A stretch of 64,000 nt of DNA from NCBI GenBank assembly GCA_036677065.1, contig JAKFBS010000011.1, forward strand, positions 96,001 through 160,000, read 5' to 3'. This document shows positions 48,368 to 57,625 of this stretch, one piece after another (position 1 is the first letter of the stretch; every line of letters starts with the position of its first letter). The position numbers and the translations under genes were made by a program. This stretch comes from Bdellovibrio sp. (lineage in GTDB: Bacteria; Bdellovibrionota; Bdellovibrionia; Bdellovibrionales; Bdellovibrionaceae). The notes below the pieces were generated by a model. The model saw only the letters and a list, made by a program, of their open reading frames with translations. It had not been told where the DNA came from and ran no database searches.

Positions 48368-49537
48368 TTATTTTGATAACCAGTCGATGATCTTTTTTGT
48401 TTTAGCTTCGGTCTGATCTAAAATGGTTTTACGCCATTCACGATCAGACGGGTTAAACATCTCTACGAAATCATTTTTAATTTTTTCGGCATCTTGTGGA
48501 TCTTTTGCCGGATGCCAAAAATTTTGATTTTCATAAACCATACGACGCAAAGATTCAATTGATCCCGTTGTTTTCTGGCTGTCTAAAGTTCCATATTCAA
48601 AGGTAATTCCCACAGAGGCTGGCGCTTTATCTTTAAGTTTGTAATTCGTTTCATGAATGAAAAAACTTAGCATTTCACCCTGAATTGAATAGAATTTTTT
48701 ATCAGATCCAAAATCAATTTCACCTTCTTCAGAAAAAATTTCGGCAAGCGGGTTACCTTCTTTTTTACCGTTAGCTAAAAGATGTAATTTACCGCGGGCA
48801 CCGTAACCCGTGTGTAAATCGATGACGAACATCTTTGTGTGGCCACTGACATATTTATCAATTAGCTGATTCATCAGATCCCATTGTTTAGCCACCATAT
48901 TGCCGCCGAAGTATAACCCTTGTGGATAAGAGTACTGCCCGCGCAAAACTGAATTTCTTAGATTTTCTAAACCATAACGAGCGATTTTTGTAACCGCAGT
49001 CCACATGAATTTCACATTACTGATAAAACCATGCGTTGCAGCTGATTCCGGATTTAAATAGTCATACAAATTTTTGTAACCGCTATCATCACTTTCAAAC
49101 ACTGAACGATTGGGGATAAAGTTACGGTTTAAATCGATGTTGTTTTCATTCACGCGGCGTTTGTTTTTAAAACCATACACGTTTAACCCGTGCACCATCA
49201 AAATGTTCACATTTTCGCGGTTTTGCACATAAGGCTGATCTACCAACCAACGTTGCACGGCTGAACCTACGAAAGCTTCGATGCCATGAGTTCCTGAAAA
49301 CAATACTAATAATTTATCGGTTTTGTTTTTCGCGGGCCAATAGATCGACTTAATAGTGCCCTGATCAAAAGTGAATTCGTGTTTTTCGGCCGCTGGCTGC
49401 AGGGCTTTAACTGTTTGAAAAGCTTGATCGAAAGCTTGATCTGAATCTTCGAATGAATTTTTAAAGTAATCGTTAAAGTCAGCTGCGAATAGGCGTAGGC
49501 CCAAAAATAAAGAAAGTGTAAATACTATTTTGTTCAT
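48368..49537 (-). CDS. DUF2817 / M14-like metallocarboxypeptidase, secreted
   Basis: SGTHGIE, N.YG, RRVNENN.DLNRNF, DLHTG.G and FEYGT. Confidence 0.85.
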   Translation of the reverse strand: MNKIVFTLSLFLGLRLFAADFNDYFKNSFEDSDQAFDQAFQTVKALQPAAEKHEFTFDQGTIKSIYWPAKNKTDKLLVLFSGTHGIEAFVGSAVQRWLVDQPYVQNRENVNILMVHGLNVYGFKNKRRVNENNIDLNRNFIPNRSVFESDDSGYKNLYDYLNPESAATHGFISNVKFMWTAVTKIARYGLENLRNSVLRGQYSYPQGLYFGGNMVAKQWDLMNQLIDKYVSGHTKMFVIDLHTGYGARGKLHLLANGKKEGNPLAEIFSEEGEIDFGSDKKFYSIQGEMLSFFIHETNYKLKDKAPASVGITFEYGTLDSQKTTGSIESLRRMVYENQNFWHPAKDPQDAEKIKNDFVEMFNPSDREWRKTILDQTEAKTKKIIDWLSK

Positions 49538-49570
49538 ACACCTATTACAGCAAGATCTAAAGTGGTTTGT

Positions 49571-50125
49571 CTAGTCTTTGCTCATTGGTATTATAGCACA
49601 CACTGAAGTTGCGATATCCAGAATAAACACTTCCTCCTTAGTAGATCCATAATAACGGTCGTACGAATGACTTGAGTTGAAGCTGGCAACCGCTAAAACG
49701 ACTTTGCCATTGTTATCAAATGACTTCGTCATTTCAATTGCGACATCATGATAATTAGTTCCAACTCTGGTCGAGTTGCTCGCGTTAGCCGAAAAGACGT
49801 ATTTGTCGTAATTAAAAACCAACTCTGTCGTGCCACGACCAAAACCTAAATCGCTGAAATAGCCATTATCTGTGTTTTCGTCGTTTTGTTTTAAAGTGTA
49901 GATCAATTTATTTTCCCACTTAGGTGTTGTCGAATATTTTGCAGGCTCTGCATTCCACTCTATATCTAGCGTATAGTTTTTCTCATCCGTAGTTGTGATC
50001 GCACACGAATATTTTTCCCCGTACTTCACAGGTTTATCCACAACCGTATCCACCGCACCAGCATTGGCGTTCAGACCAGTTAGTAAAATTGTAAAAATCA
50101 TTGATGTATAAATATTATTTTTCAC
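49571..50125 (-). CDS. Secreted hypothetical protein
   Basis: AAGGAG RBS before the GTG at 50125; signal peptide ending ANA. Confidence 0.65.
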   Translation of the reverse strand: MKNNIYTSMIFTILLTGLNANAGAVDTVVDKPVKYGEKYSCAITTTDEKNYTLDIEWNAEPAKYSTTPKWENKLIYTLKQNDENTDNGYFSDLGFGRGTTELVFNYDKYVFSANASNSTRVGTNYHDVAIEMTKSFDNNGKVVLAVASFNSSHSYDRYYGSTKEEVFILDIATSVCAIIPMSKD

Positions 50126-50221
50126 TTCTTTCTCCTTATTTTTGTAAATTACAAAAGTTTTCCACACGACATATGTTGATAACTCTGTTGCTGCGAATCT
50201 AGAAAAAAACAAAGTGTTTGT

Positions 50222-50248
50222 ATAATTCATAATTATGAGTTTATTATG
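50222..50248. promoter_or_regulatory. LysR-type operator region
   Basis: ATAAT-N5-ATTAT (T-N11-A) and palindrome TCATAATTATGA directly upstream of the LysR gene. Confidence 0.5.
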
Positions 50249-50255
50249 ATTTTAA

Positions 50256-51110
50256 ATGAGTTTACTCAGCCCCACCCTAGAGGCTTTTTGGGCAGTCGTT
50301 CAAAAAGGCACCGTTCAAGAAGCCTCGCAAATTTTAGGGATTACTCAAACCGGAGTAACCCAAAGAATTAGATCTTTAGAAAAGCAGTTACAAACAACTG
50401 TCTTTATTAGATCAAGGAAAGGTATGAAGCTTACGACCGAGGGAGAATCTCTTCTTCAGTACGTAAAAGTTAGTATAGAAAATGAGGGAATGGCCCTTTC
50501 AAAGATTCAAAAGGCAGCTTTTGAACACAACATTGAAATAGGCATCTCGGGACCATCTAGTATTTTGCGATCGAGGGTCATTCCCAACTTATTAGCTCTA
50601 AAAACTAAGCTTCCAAAAATCAAATTTCGATTTGATTTATCTGACGGTAACGGCAATCAAGAAAAACTTAAAAATGGCCATTGCGACTTAGCCATCTTAG
50701 AACACCATCAAGTCACCAAAGAGATGGATTCACGCATTCTAAAAGCTGAACGCTACAAGCTCTATGTGCCAAAAACATGGAAGAAGCGTAAGCTTACTGA
50801 GATCATTGAAAATGAAGCCATCATTGATTTCGATGCCGCCGACCGGATGACATTTCAGTATTTAGAAAAGTATCGCCTTAAAAATAAAATCCAGCCTGAT
50901 CGTCATTACGCAAATAACACTGATGCCTTAATGTCGATGATCGAACTAGGTTTAGGGTATTCAGTCTTGTCAGAAGACTTTGCCAAAAAAAATGGAGAAA
51001 TATTCGATATTTCTCCAGATCAGCATTTTGATTATAAAATTGCGCTAGCTTGGTATTACCGCCCTGAAATGCCTGAGTACTTCAGAGCGATCGTTAAAGC
51101 CCTATCGTAA
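50256..51110 (+). CDS. LysR family transcriptional regulator
   Basis: LEAF....GT...AS..LGITQ..VTQRIRSLE...F.RS..G..LT..GE. Confidence 0.93.
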   Translation: MSLLSPTLEAFWAVVQKGTVQEASQILGITQTGVTQRIRSLEKQLQTTVFIRSRKGMKLTTEGESLLQYVKVSIENEGMALSKIQKAAFEHNIEIGISGPSSILRSRVIPNLLALKTKLPKIKFRFDLSDGNGNQEKLKNGHCDLAILEHHQVTKEMDSRILKAERYKLYVPKTWKKRKLTEIIENEAIIDFDAADRMTFQYLEKYRLKNKIQPDRHYANNTDALMSMIELGLGYSVLSEDFAKKNGEIFDISPDQHFDYKIALAWYYRPEMPEYFRAIVKALS

Positions 51111-52328
51111 CTATTTTAAACGATACTCAAGGCGGATATCAGTACTTTCAGCCTTCAAAAGTTTAACAACTTGAGTTTTGCTAAATGGACCATCAAGGTC
51201 TAAGCCATAACAATCGATTTTTAAACCTTCAGCAGTTACAAGCACCATCATTTTTTGATCGAAACCACGAGTGTCAGTCACTAGGGCTTTACGACCAGAA
51301 TAATCAATAGTGCTATCAGTGCGATTTTCAACTACGCAGTTACCTAATGATACAAACGATTGAGCTTCAAAACGCTGTTGGGCGAAATGGCTTAAATCGA
51401 CATAAAGATCTGCATTCGGAAAAATCAAAGTCGTTTTATTTTGAACGTACTCATAAAAATAAGTACGAGTCGTTTTACAACGATCAGCAATTGATTCTTG
51501 GGTGTATTGACGTTTAATTACAGAGCCATCGTCTTGTTTGATGTTCTTCTCACACGGACGAGCCGCATGATATTTAATTAAAGTTTCACAAGATTTAACT
51601 GCTAAAGAAGAATTAGTGATAGCTGGTTCATCGTATTTCCAGTTAGCTTGTGAACCAAGTTTAGCGATAGATTTATTAGCGCGGTCTAAAGAAGCTGACC
51701 ATTCAGATAAACGCGAAAATTCATCTTGCGAACAAACTGCGAAATTTCCTTGGTTATTATCAATCACTGGCGGTTCAGTTGGCTGAGGCTCTGCCGGTAG
51801 TGGTTGCGGGTCTACTGGAGTGATCGGTGTATTATCAATTGAGTCATCCGGGCGTAAGTTGAATTTCGTTAAGTAGCCATCAACTTTACCGCAATCACGA
51901 TGAATGGTGTAAGCGTCGTAAACTTTAACTTGCGTGCTTACGATGGTAGTTTTAGTTTTTTTGCAGGGTTCAATTTTGTGGTAAGCAAAACGACTATCGC
52001 AAGCATTGATCGCTTTAAGACTTGCATCAACAGCTTGAGCTTGCTGTTTACCTTTAGCTGCATCGATTAAGCCGTTAGCTTTATCAACAGCATTACGCCA
52101 AGAAACTAACTGAGCAAATTCGTTATTCGTACATTCACGAACTTGTTCTGGTTTTAATGGCTCTAAAACCGTTGTGTCATCTGGATTACCGTCACCATTT
52201 GGAGTAACTGGAGCTGTTAAATCAGTTCCTGAATTTCCGCCTGAATCTGCACAGCCTGTAGCTGCTAACATGTAAGCGGCACAAAAGATCACCATCATTG
52301 TAAACACAGCTTTTGAAAGCTTTTTCAT
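51111..52328 (-). CDS. Lipoprotein with two internal Cys-rich repeats
   Basis: Lipobox-like ATGC at Cys26; Pro-rich linkers; duplicated domain of about 85 aa; GGGGG RBS. Confidence 0.72.
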   Translation of the reverse strand: MKKLSKAVFTMMVIFCAAYMLAATGCADSGGNSGTDLTAPVTPNGDGNPDDTTVLEPLKPEQVRECTNNEFAQLVSWRNAVDKANGLIDAAKGKQQAQAVDASLKAINACDSRFAYHKIEPCKKTKTTIVSTQVKVYDAYTIHRDCGKVDGYLTKFNLRPDDSIDNTPITPVDPQPLPAEPQPTEPPVIDNNQGNFAVCSQDEFSRLSEWSASLDRANKSIAKLGSQANWKYDEPAITNSSLAVKSCETLIKYHAARPCEKNIKQDDGSVIKRQYTQESIADRCKTTRTYFYEYVQNKTTLIFPNADLYVDLSHFAQQRFEAQSFVSLGNCVVENRTDSTIDYSGRKALVTDTRGFDQKMMVLVTAEGLKIDCYGLDLDGPFSKTQVVKLLKAESTDIRLEYRLK

Positions 52329-52491
52329 ATATCCCCCATACGAGAAAAATTACGCTTTTAAACGACAGGTTTTAGTAGCACAAACCTATAGCTAAGAGAC
52401 CCTATCTTTAGGGCTCTGGTAAAACTTACCCAGAGTGACAATTTTGGAGTGTTTTATTCACTTTTGGCCCTATTTAATTTACATAGTACGG

Positions 52492-53418
52492 ATGATCAAA
52501 AACCGTTTGGAAAAAAACTTTAAAAAATTAAAGCCGTGGGCTGATAAAAACAAAATCGAAGCTTATCGACTTTACGATAAAGATATTCCTGAATTTCCGT
52601 TTTTGATCGACATCTACAAAGACTATTGTGTCATTTACGATAAAACTGAAATCATCGACGAAGGTAAAAATAAAGACGCCGAAGTGATGAAGGCCGCTCA
52701 GGAAGTTTTGCATTTTTCCAGTGAAAAAATTATTTTAAAAAAACGCGAAAGACAAAAGGGCGTAAGCCAATATCAAAAGCTTGAAGCCTCAAACCGTCGT
52801 TTTGCAGTTTTAGAAAATGGTGTTCCGGTTTTAGTAAATCTTTGGGATTATTTAGATACGGGATTATTTATCGATCACCGTCCGATGCGCTATTTTTTCT
52901 TAAAAAATTCTAAAGAAAAAAAACTTTTAAATCTTTTTTCTTACACTTGTGTTGTGTCGTTAATGGCTGCGCGCGGTGGTGCTAAAACTGTCAGTGTAGA
53001 TATGTCGAAAAATTACCTGAACTGGGGTAAAGACAATTTCGAATTAAACAATATCGACCTTAACGATCACCGTTTTATCGAGCAAAATGCCTTGGAATTT
53101 TTAAAAACTGCCTGCGATTGGCCAGATTATGAGCATTCGTTTGATATGGTGTTTTTAGATCCCCCGACATTCTCGAATTCAAAGGATATGGCGACTGATT
53201 TTGAGGTCGAAGAAGATCAAAAATTTATTATCGAACAATCGATGAAATTTTTGAAACCGAATGGCGTTTTGTATTTCTCGACGAATAAGCGCAAGTTTAA
53301 GGTCGATCCTGCTCTGGAAACTGAATTTAATATCAAAAATACGACTGAAAAAACGATTCCTCAGGATTGCTTCGACCAAAAAATTCACCATTCCTTTGAG
53401 ATCAGAGAAAAATCTTAA
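52492..53418 (+). CDS. rRNA methyltransferase, stand-alone RlmK-like (RlmKL C-terminal / RlmI family)
   Basis: NRL.KN, YRLYD.DIPE, QY.K, DYLDTGLF.DHR, LNLFSYT and DPPTFSNSK. Confidence 0.88.
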   Translation: MIKNRLEKNFKKLKPWADKNKIEAYRLYDKDIPEFPFLIDIYKDYCVIYDKTEIIDEGKNKDAEVMKAAQEVLHFSSEKIILKKRERQKGVSQYQKLEASNRRFAVLENGVPVLVNLWDYLDTGLFIDHRPMRYFFLKNSKEKKLLNLFSYTCVVSLMAARGGAKTVSVDMSKNYLNWGKDNFELNNIDLNDHRFIEQNALEFLKTACDWPDYEHSFDMVFLDPPTFSNSKDMATDFEVEEDQKFIIEQSMKFLKPNGVLYFSTNKRKFKVDPALETEFNIKNTTEKTIPQDCFDQKIHHSFEIREKS

Positions 53419-53494
53419 AAAAGGCTTGCCCTTACCCCCCCTAGGCCTTAATTTCACCTCTAAATTTAACCCTGTTAAAAAAGGATCGTAAGGT

Positions 53495-54793
53495 ATGAAA
53501 GCTTTAGGAAGTCATATTTTAGTTGAGTTCACCAACTGTAAAGCTAACGTTTTAAATGACGTTGGAGCGATCGAAGCCGCAATGGTTAAAGCCGCACAAA
53601 CTGCAGGTGCTACAGTTATCAATTCTACATTTCACCATTTCTCTCCCTACGGTGTATCTGGTGTTGTGGTAATTCAAGAATCACATTTAGCAATTCACAC
53701 TTGGCCTGAATACAACTACGCAGCTGTTGATTTATTCACATGCGGCGGTTCTGTTGATCCTTGGGTGTCTTTTGAATTTTTAAGAAATGCATTTGGCGCA
53801 AACTATTCAGCTTTAGAAATGAACCGCGGTTCTACGCAAGTTATTAAAAAAGGCGAAACGTTACAAGTTAAGCCAAATGATGCTGAAAACTATGATCCAT
53901 CTAAAGGTTATAAAATCAGCCGCAATGTTTGGTTCACTGACAAAGATGAAAACCAAGCTTTATCACTTCGCTATACGGGCGATATTTTATTTGATGAACA
54001 ATCTCCGTTTCAACGCGTTCGCATTTTAGATTCGTGCTCTTACGGCAAAATGTTAGCTATTGATGACATGGTGATGTGCACTGAGCGTGATGAATACCAC
54101 TATCACGAAATGATTGCTCACCCTGCGGCGCAAGCTTTTCAATCTGTAGCTGGGCCTTTAAAAAATGTTTTAGTTATCGGTGGCGGTGACGGTGGAACAA
54201 TCCGTGAATTATTCAAATACACTTCGATCGACAAAATCACGATGGTTGAAATTGATGAAGCTGTTGTTCGCGCTTCAAAACTTCACTTACCAAATATCGC
54301 TTCTGAATTTAACAACCCGAAATTAAACTTAATCATCGGCGATGGTATTAAACACGCTGCTGAAGCAAAACCAGAAAGCTATGATTTAATCGTAGTTGAT
54401 GGTTCTGACCCTGCAGGCCCGGCTGAAGGCTTATTCACTAAAGAATTCTACACAAACTGCATGAAGGCGTTAAAACCAAATGGCGTATTAGTGACACAAG
54501 GTGAATCACCAATGTTTCACTCAGACACTTTTGTTGAACTTAATAAGTGCTTAAAAACTGTGTTTGGCCAAAACCAAGTTCACACTATGTTATTCCATGC
54601 GACAACATACCCATCTGGGATGTGGAGCTTACAAATGGCGATCAAGGGTCAATATCACCCTGTAAAGGATTTTAAAGCCTCTCAAGCCGCGCAATTTGTG
54701 AATTCACAACAACTTAAGTACTACAACGAAGATCTACATAGTGCGGCGTTTACACTGCCTACGTTTGTTCGTAACATGCTTAAAGGAGAATAA
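53495..54793 (+). CDS. speE: S-adenosylmethionine decarboxylase - spermidine synthase fusion (SpeD-SpeE)
   Basis: N-terminal GV.G...[12 protein letters not shown]...DLFTCG; C-terminal [21 protein letters not shown] and D..DP. Confidence 0.92.
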   Translation: MKALGSHILVEFTNCKANVLNDVGAIEAAMVKAAQTAGATVINSTFHHFSPYGVSGVVVIQESHLAIHTWPEYNYAAVDLFTCGGSVDPWVSFEFLRNAFGANYSALEMNRGSTQVIKKGETLQVKPNDAENYDPSKGYKISRNVWFTDKDENQALSLRYTGDILFDEQSPFQRVRILDSCSYGKMLAIDDMVMCTERDEYHYHEMIAHPAAQAFQSVAGPLKNVLVIGGGDGGTIRELFKYTSIDKITMVEIDEAVVRASKLHLPNIASEFNNPKLNLIIGDGIKHAAEAKPESYDLIVVDGSDPAGPAEGLFTKEFYTNCMKALKPNGVLVTQGESPMFHSDTFVELNKCLKTVFGQNQVHTMLFHATTYPSGMWSLQMAIKGQYHPVKDFKASQAAQFVNSQQLKYYNEDLHSAAFTLPTFVRNMLKGE

Positions 54794-54798
54794 TTACT

Positions 54799-55419
54799 AT
54801 GTTCAAACTACCTCAACTACCTTATGCAAAAACTGACTTAGCGCCGTTATTTAACGAAGAGCAAATGACTTATCACTACGATAAGCATCACAACGCTTAC
54901 ATCGTAAATTTAAATAAATTCATCGAAACTGATCCCTCTTTAAAAGGTAAATCTTTAGAAGAAATCGTTTTATCTTCATCAGGCGGCATCTTTAACAATG
55001 CAGCTCAAATCTGGAATCACACGTTTTACTGGTTCGGTATGAGCCCTGCTGGTGCTGGCGGACAACCTTCAGCTGAGTTATCTGCACAAATCACAAAAGA
55101 TTTCGGCAGCCTAGATGAGCTTAAAGCTAAATTCGTAGACGGCGGCATGAAAACTTTCGGCTCTGGCTGGATCTGGTTATGCGTTGATAACGCTGGAAAA
55201 CTTTCTTTAGTATCAACTTCAAATGCAGCAGTTCCGTTCACGAACAATGGCCCTACTCCGCTTTTAACAGCTGATGTTTGGGAACATGCTTACTACGTTG
55301 ATTACAGAAACCTACGTCAAAAATATCTTGAGACGTTCTGGGCTCACGTTAACTGGAACTTTGTTAACGAAAACTTCGCTTCTAAAAAAGTACGCGATTT
55401 AACAAAAACAATGGTTTAA
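54799..55419 (+). CDS. sodB: Fe/Mn superoxide dismutase
   Basis: HYDKHH.AY, FNNAAQ.WNH.FYW, FGSGW and DVWEHAYY. Confidence 0.93.
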   Translation: MFKLPQLPYAKTDLAPLFNEEQMTYHYDKHHNAYIVNLNKFIETDPSLKGKSLEEIVLSSSGGIFNNAAQIWNHTFYWFGMSPAGAGGQPSAELSAQITKDFGSLDELKAKFVDGGMKTFGSGWIWLCVDNAGKLSLVSTSNAAVPFTNNGPTPLLTADVWEHAYYVDYRNLRQKYLETFWAHVNWNFVNENFASKKVRDLTKTMV

Positions 55420-55424
55420 TTCTT

Positions 55425-55453
55425 AAAAGGGAGATTTCGATCTCCCTTTTTTT
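55425..55453 (+). terminator. Intrinsic terminator
   Basis: AAAAGGGAGAT-TTCG-ATCTCCCTTTT followed by further T residues. Confidence 0.88.
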
Positions 55454-55477
55454 ATGTCCGAATTTCGGATAAAAATC

Positions 55478-55494
55478 CTGGTCCTTAGGTTGCT
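55478..55494 (+). promoter_or_regulatory. Putative sigma54 promoter
   Basis: CTGGTCCTTAGGTTGCT, 13 nt before the ATG at 55508; palindrome TCCGAA-T-TTCGGA just upstream. Confidence 0.6.
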
Positions 55495-55507
55495 ACAGCA
55501 ACTACTT

Positions 55508-56044
55508 ATGAAATCTTTAAATCGAAAAATTAAATTCAATAAAGACGTAACCGAATATTTTCACCTAAATTTTGCGTTTACGATTCACCCTCTATTTCCT
55601 GAACTTGATTGGCTGATGATCAATTATCATCTAAAGCGTTTAGGCGAAATTTATAAAATTGAAATGCATGCCTTTGTGATGATGTCGTCGCATTCGCATT
55701 TACTGTTTAAAGCTTCGCTGCAGAATGAAAATTACTTTGCTGATGCGCTGTTAAATGAATTAAAAGTAAAAACCGGCGAAGCCTCACTGGTAGAGCCGGT
55801 TACTAATATCGCGCAGTACTTAAATTGTTATAAATACGTTTATCGTAATCCGGTCGAAGCTAGGCTTTCAACGAAAGTTGAAGAGTACCGTTTTAGTTCA
55901 CTGCATGGGTTATTAGGCAAAAGTGAATTAATCACTCCCGTGATTGATCCACTTTCGATCACTCAAAATCCGATAAAAATTTTAAATTGGTTAAACAATT
56001 ACTTCGAGAAAAAACTTTTCCATTTCAATTCTGTTGAAATATAA
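55508..56044 (+). mobile_element. Degenerate REP-associated tyrosine transposase (RAYT / Y1 HUH family)
   Basis: HAFVMMSSHSHLL (HUH), YKYVYRNPVEA and VEEYRFSS; central region appears shortened; no flanking IS ends seen. Confidence 0.72.
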
Positions 56045-57612
56045 TTTTTTAAGTCTTGTTTTTGCTTTTCAAGAGCCTCATTAGATAAATTTAATTCTGA
56101 TCTGAAAACTTCTGACACTTCATCTAAAAATTCTAAGCCATGATCTTTCTGCGCTAAAAACAAAGGCGCTCGGCGCGTGTAAAAATCAATCAGGTTCAAA
56201 CACATCGTCGTGTTAATAGCCTGATAGGCTTCTAAAGCCCAAATACGATCGGTGTATCCGTACTTTTCTAAGATCACTTTATTTTCTTTGCCGTAACGAT
56301 CAGCTAATTGTTTTAATAACGAATTTTCTGCCGTATTCACGGCTTCGCTATACGCATCTGGCGAAACGTAGGGATTAAGCGGTTCGTTAGTTTGACAGCG
56401 CTTTAATGAAGCTCGGGTATCAAAAGAAAAAGATTTTAAAGCACGATCGACAATTTGTTCAGCCATTAATCTATAAGTCGTGTATTTACCACCGGCCACG
56501 AAAGTAAATCCGCGATCATCTGACATGATCGTATGTTCGCGGCTGGTTTTACCCTCTGATGATGATTCATCTTTCACTAGCGGGCGCACGCCAACATAAC
56601 TTGAAATGATGTCTGAAGCCTGTAATTTAGCTCCGGGAAAATACTGATTTGTAATATTTAATAAATATTCAACATCTTCAGGTGTGACGATCGCGTCGGT
56701 TGGATTACCTTTAAAATCTGTATCGGTTGTTCCGACAATGATCATTTCATGGCGAGGAATCGCAAATACAATACGACTTGATTCTTGCGCTGCCATAACT
56801 ACGGCTGATGATAACGGCAAACGATCTTTAGCAAAAGTTAAATGAATGCCTTTTGTGGGGCGCAAAATTGTTTTCCAATCGTCGACAACTTTTTCGCCGA
56901 CGATGTCTGTCCAAGGACCAACAGAACAAATCACATGTTTTGCCGAGATTTTAATTTTTTTATTATTAATACTGTCTTGGGCGAAAATGGCTTTGATTTT
57001 TCCATCAATGCCAAATTCTGATTTTTCAGCAGATACGTAATTTACACAAATTGCGCCGTGCTCATTGGCTGAACGTAACGTTTCGTGAACTAGGCGATCA
57101 TCGTCCATATAGGCATCTGAATAAATAAATGAACCTTGTAATTCTTTGCCCTTAACGATCGGCATGCGATCCATAGTTTCATAGGCATTTAGGCGCTCGT
57201 GCATTTCTGGAGTTTGAAATAACGAGAGGGCATCATAAAGCCACATGCCTAATCCCATTTTAAACATGCCAACACGGCTATCTGAAAAAAGTGGAATCAT
57301 AAAACGCAAGGGATGCACTAAATGCGGGGCCATGTGAAATAATTTAGTGCGTTCGTTTAAAGCTTCAAATACTAAATGAAATTCTTTATTTTCTAAATAA
57401 CGAATACCACCGTGAATAAGTTTACTAGAACGTGATGAAGTTCCAAAAGCAAAATCATTAGCGTCAATTAGCCCTACTCTTAAGCCGCGAGCTGCCGCAT
57501 CTCTGGCAACACCTGCTCCGGTAATACCGCCACCTAAAATTAATAAATCAAAAGTCTCTGATTCAAGTTTTTTAAGGTTATCAATTCTGGTTTTAAAAGA
57601 AAAATCTTTCAT
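55999..57612 (-). CDS. glpD: FAD-dependent glycerol-3-phosphate dehydrogenase
   Basis: GGGITGAGVARDAA.RGL, GTSSRSSKLIHGG.RYL, GTTD, GVRPL and GGKYTTYR. Confidence 0.94.
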   Translation of the reverse strand: MKDFSFKTRIDNLKKLESETFDLLILGGGITGAGVARDAAARGLRVGLIDANDFAFGTSSRSSKLIHGGIRYLENKEFHLVFEALNERTKLFHMAPHLVHPLRFMIPLFSDSRVGMFKMGLGMWLYDALSLFQTPEMHERLNAYETMDRMPIVKGKELQGSFIYSDAYMDDDRLVHETLRSANEHGAICVNYVSAEKSEFGIDGKIKAIFAQDSINNKKIKISAKHVICSVGPWTDIVGEKVVDDWKTILRPTKGIHLTFAKDRLPLSSAVVMAAQESSRIVFAIPRHEMIIVGTTDTDFKGNPTDAIVTPEDVEYLLNITNQYFPGAKLQASDIISSYVGVRPLVKDESSSEGKTSREHTIMSDDRGFTFVAGGKYTTYRLMAEQIVDRALKSFSFDTRASLKRCQTNEPLNPYVSPDAYSEAVNTAENSLLKQLADRYGKENKVILEKYGYTDRIWALEAYQAINTTMCLNLIDFYTRRAPLFLAQKDHGLEFLDEVSEVFRSELNLSNEALEKQKQDLKNYISTELKWKSFFSK

Positions 57613-57625
57613 TTAAGCCTTTGCT

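Noticed and set aside
50126..50230. Upstream extension of ORF 49571..50230
   Set aside because: A strong RBS and signal peptide point to the GTG at 50125; the extension crosses the LysR operator region.
55508..56044. Active IS200/IS605 insertion sequence
   Set aside because: No tnpB, no paired subterminal hairpins bracketing the gene, and RAYT-type rather than TnpA-type C-terminal motifs.
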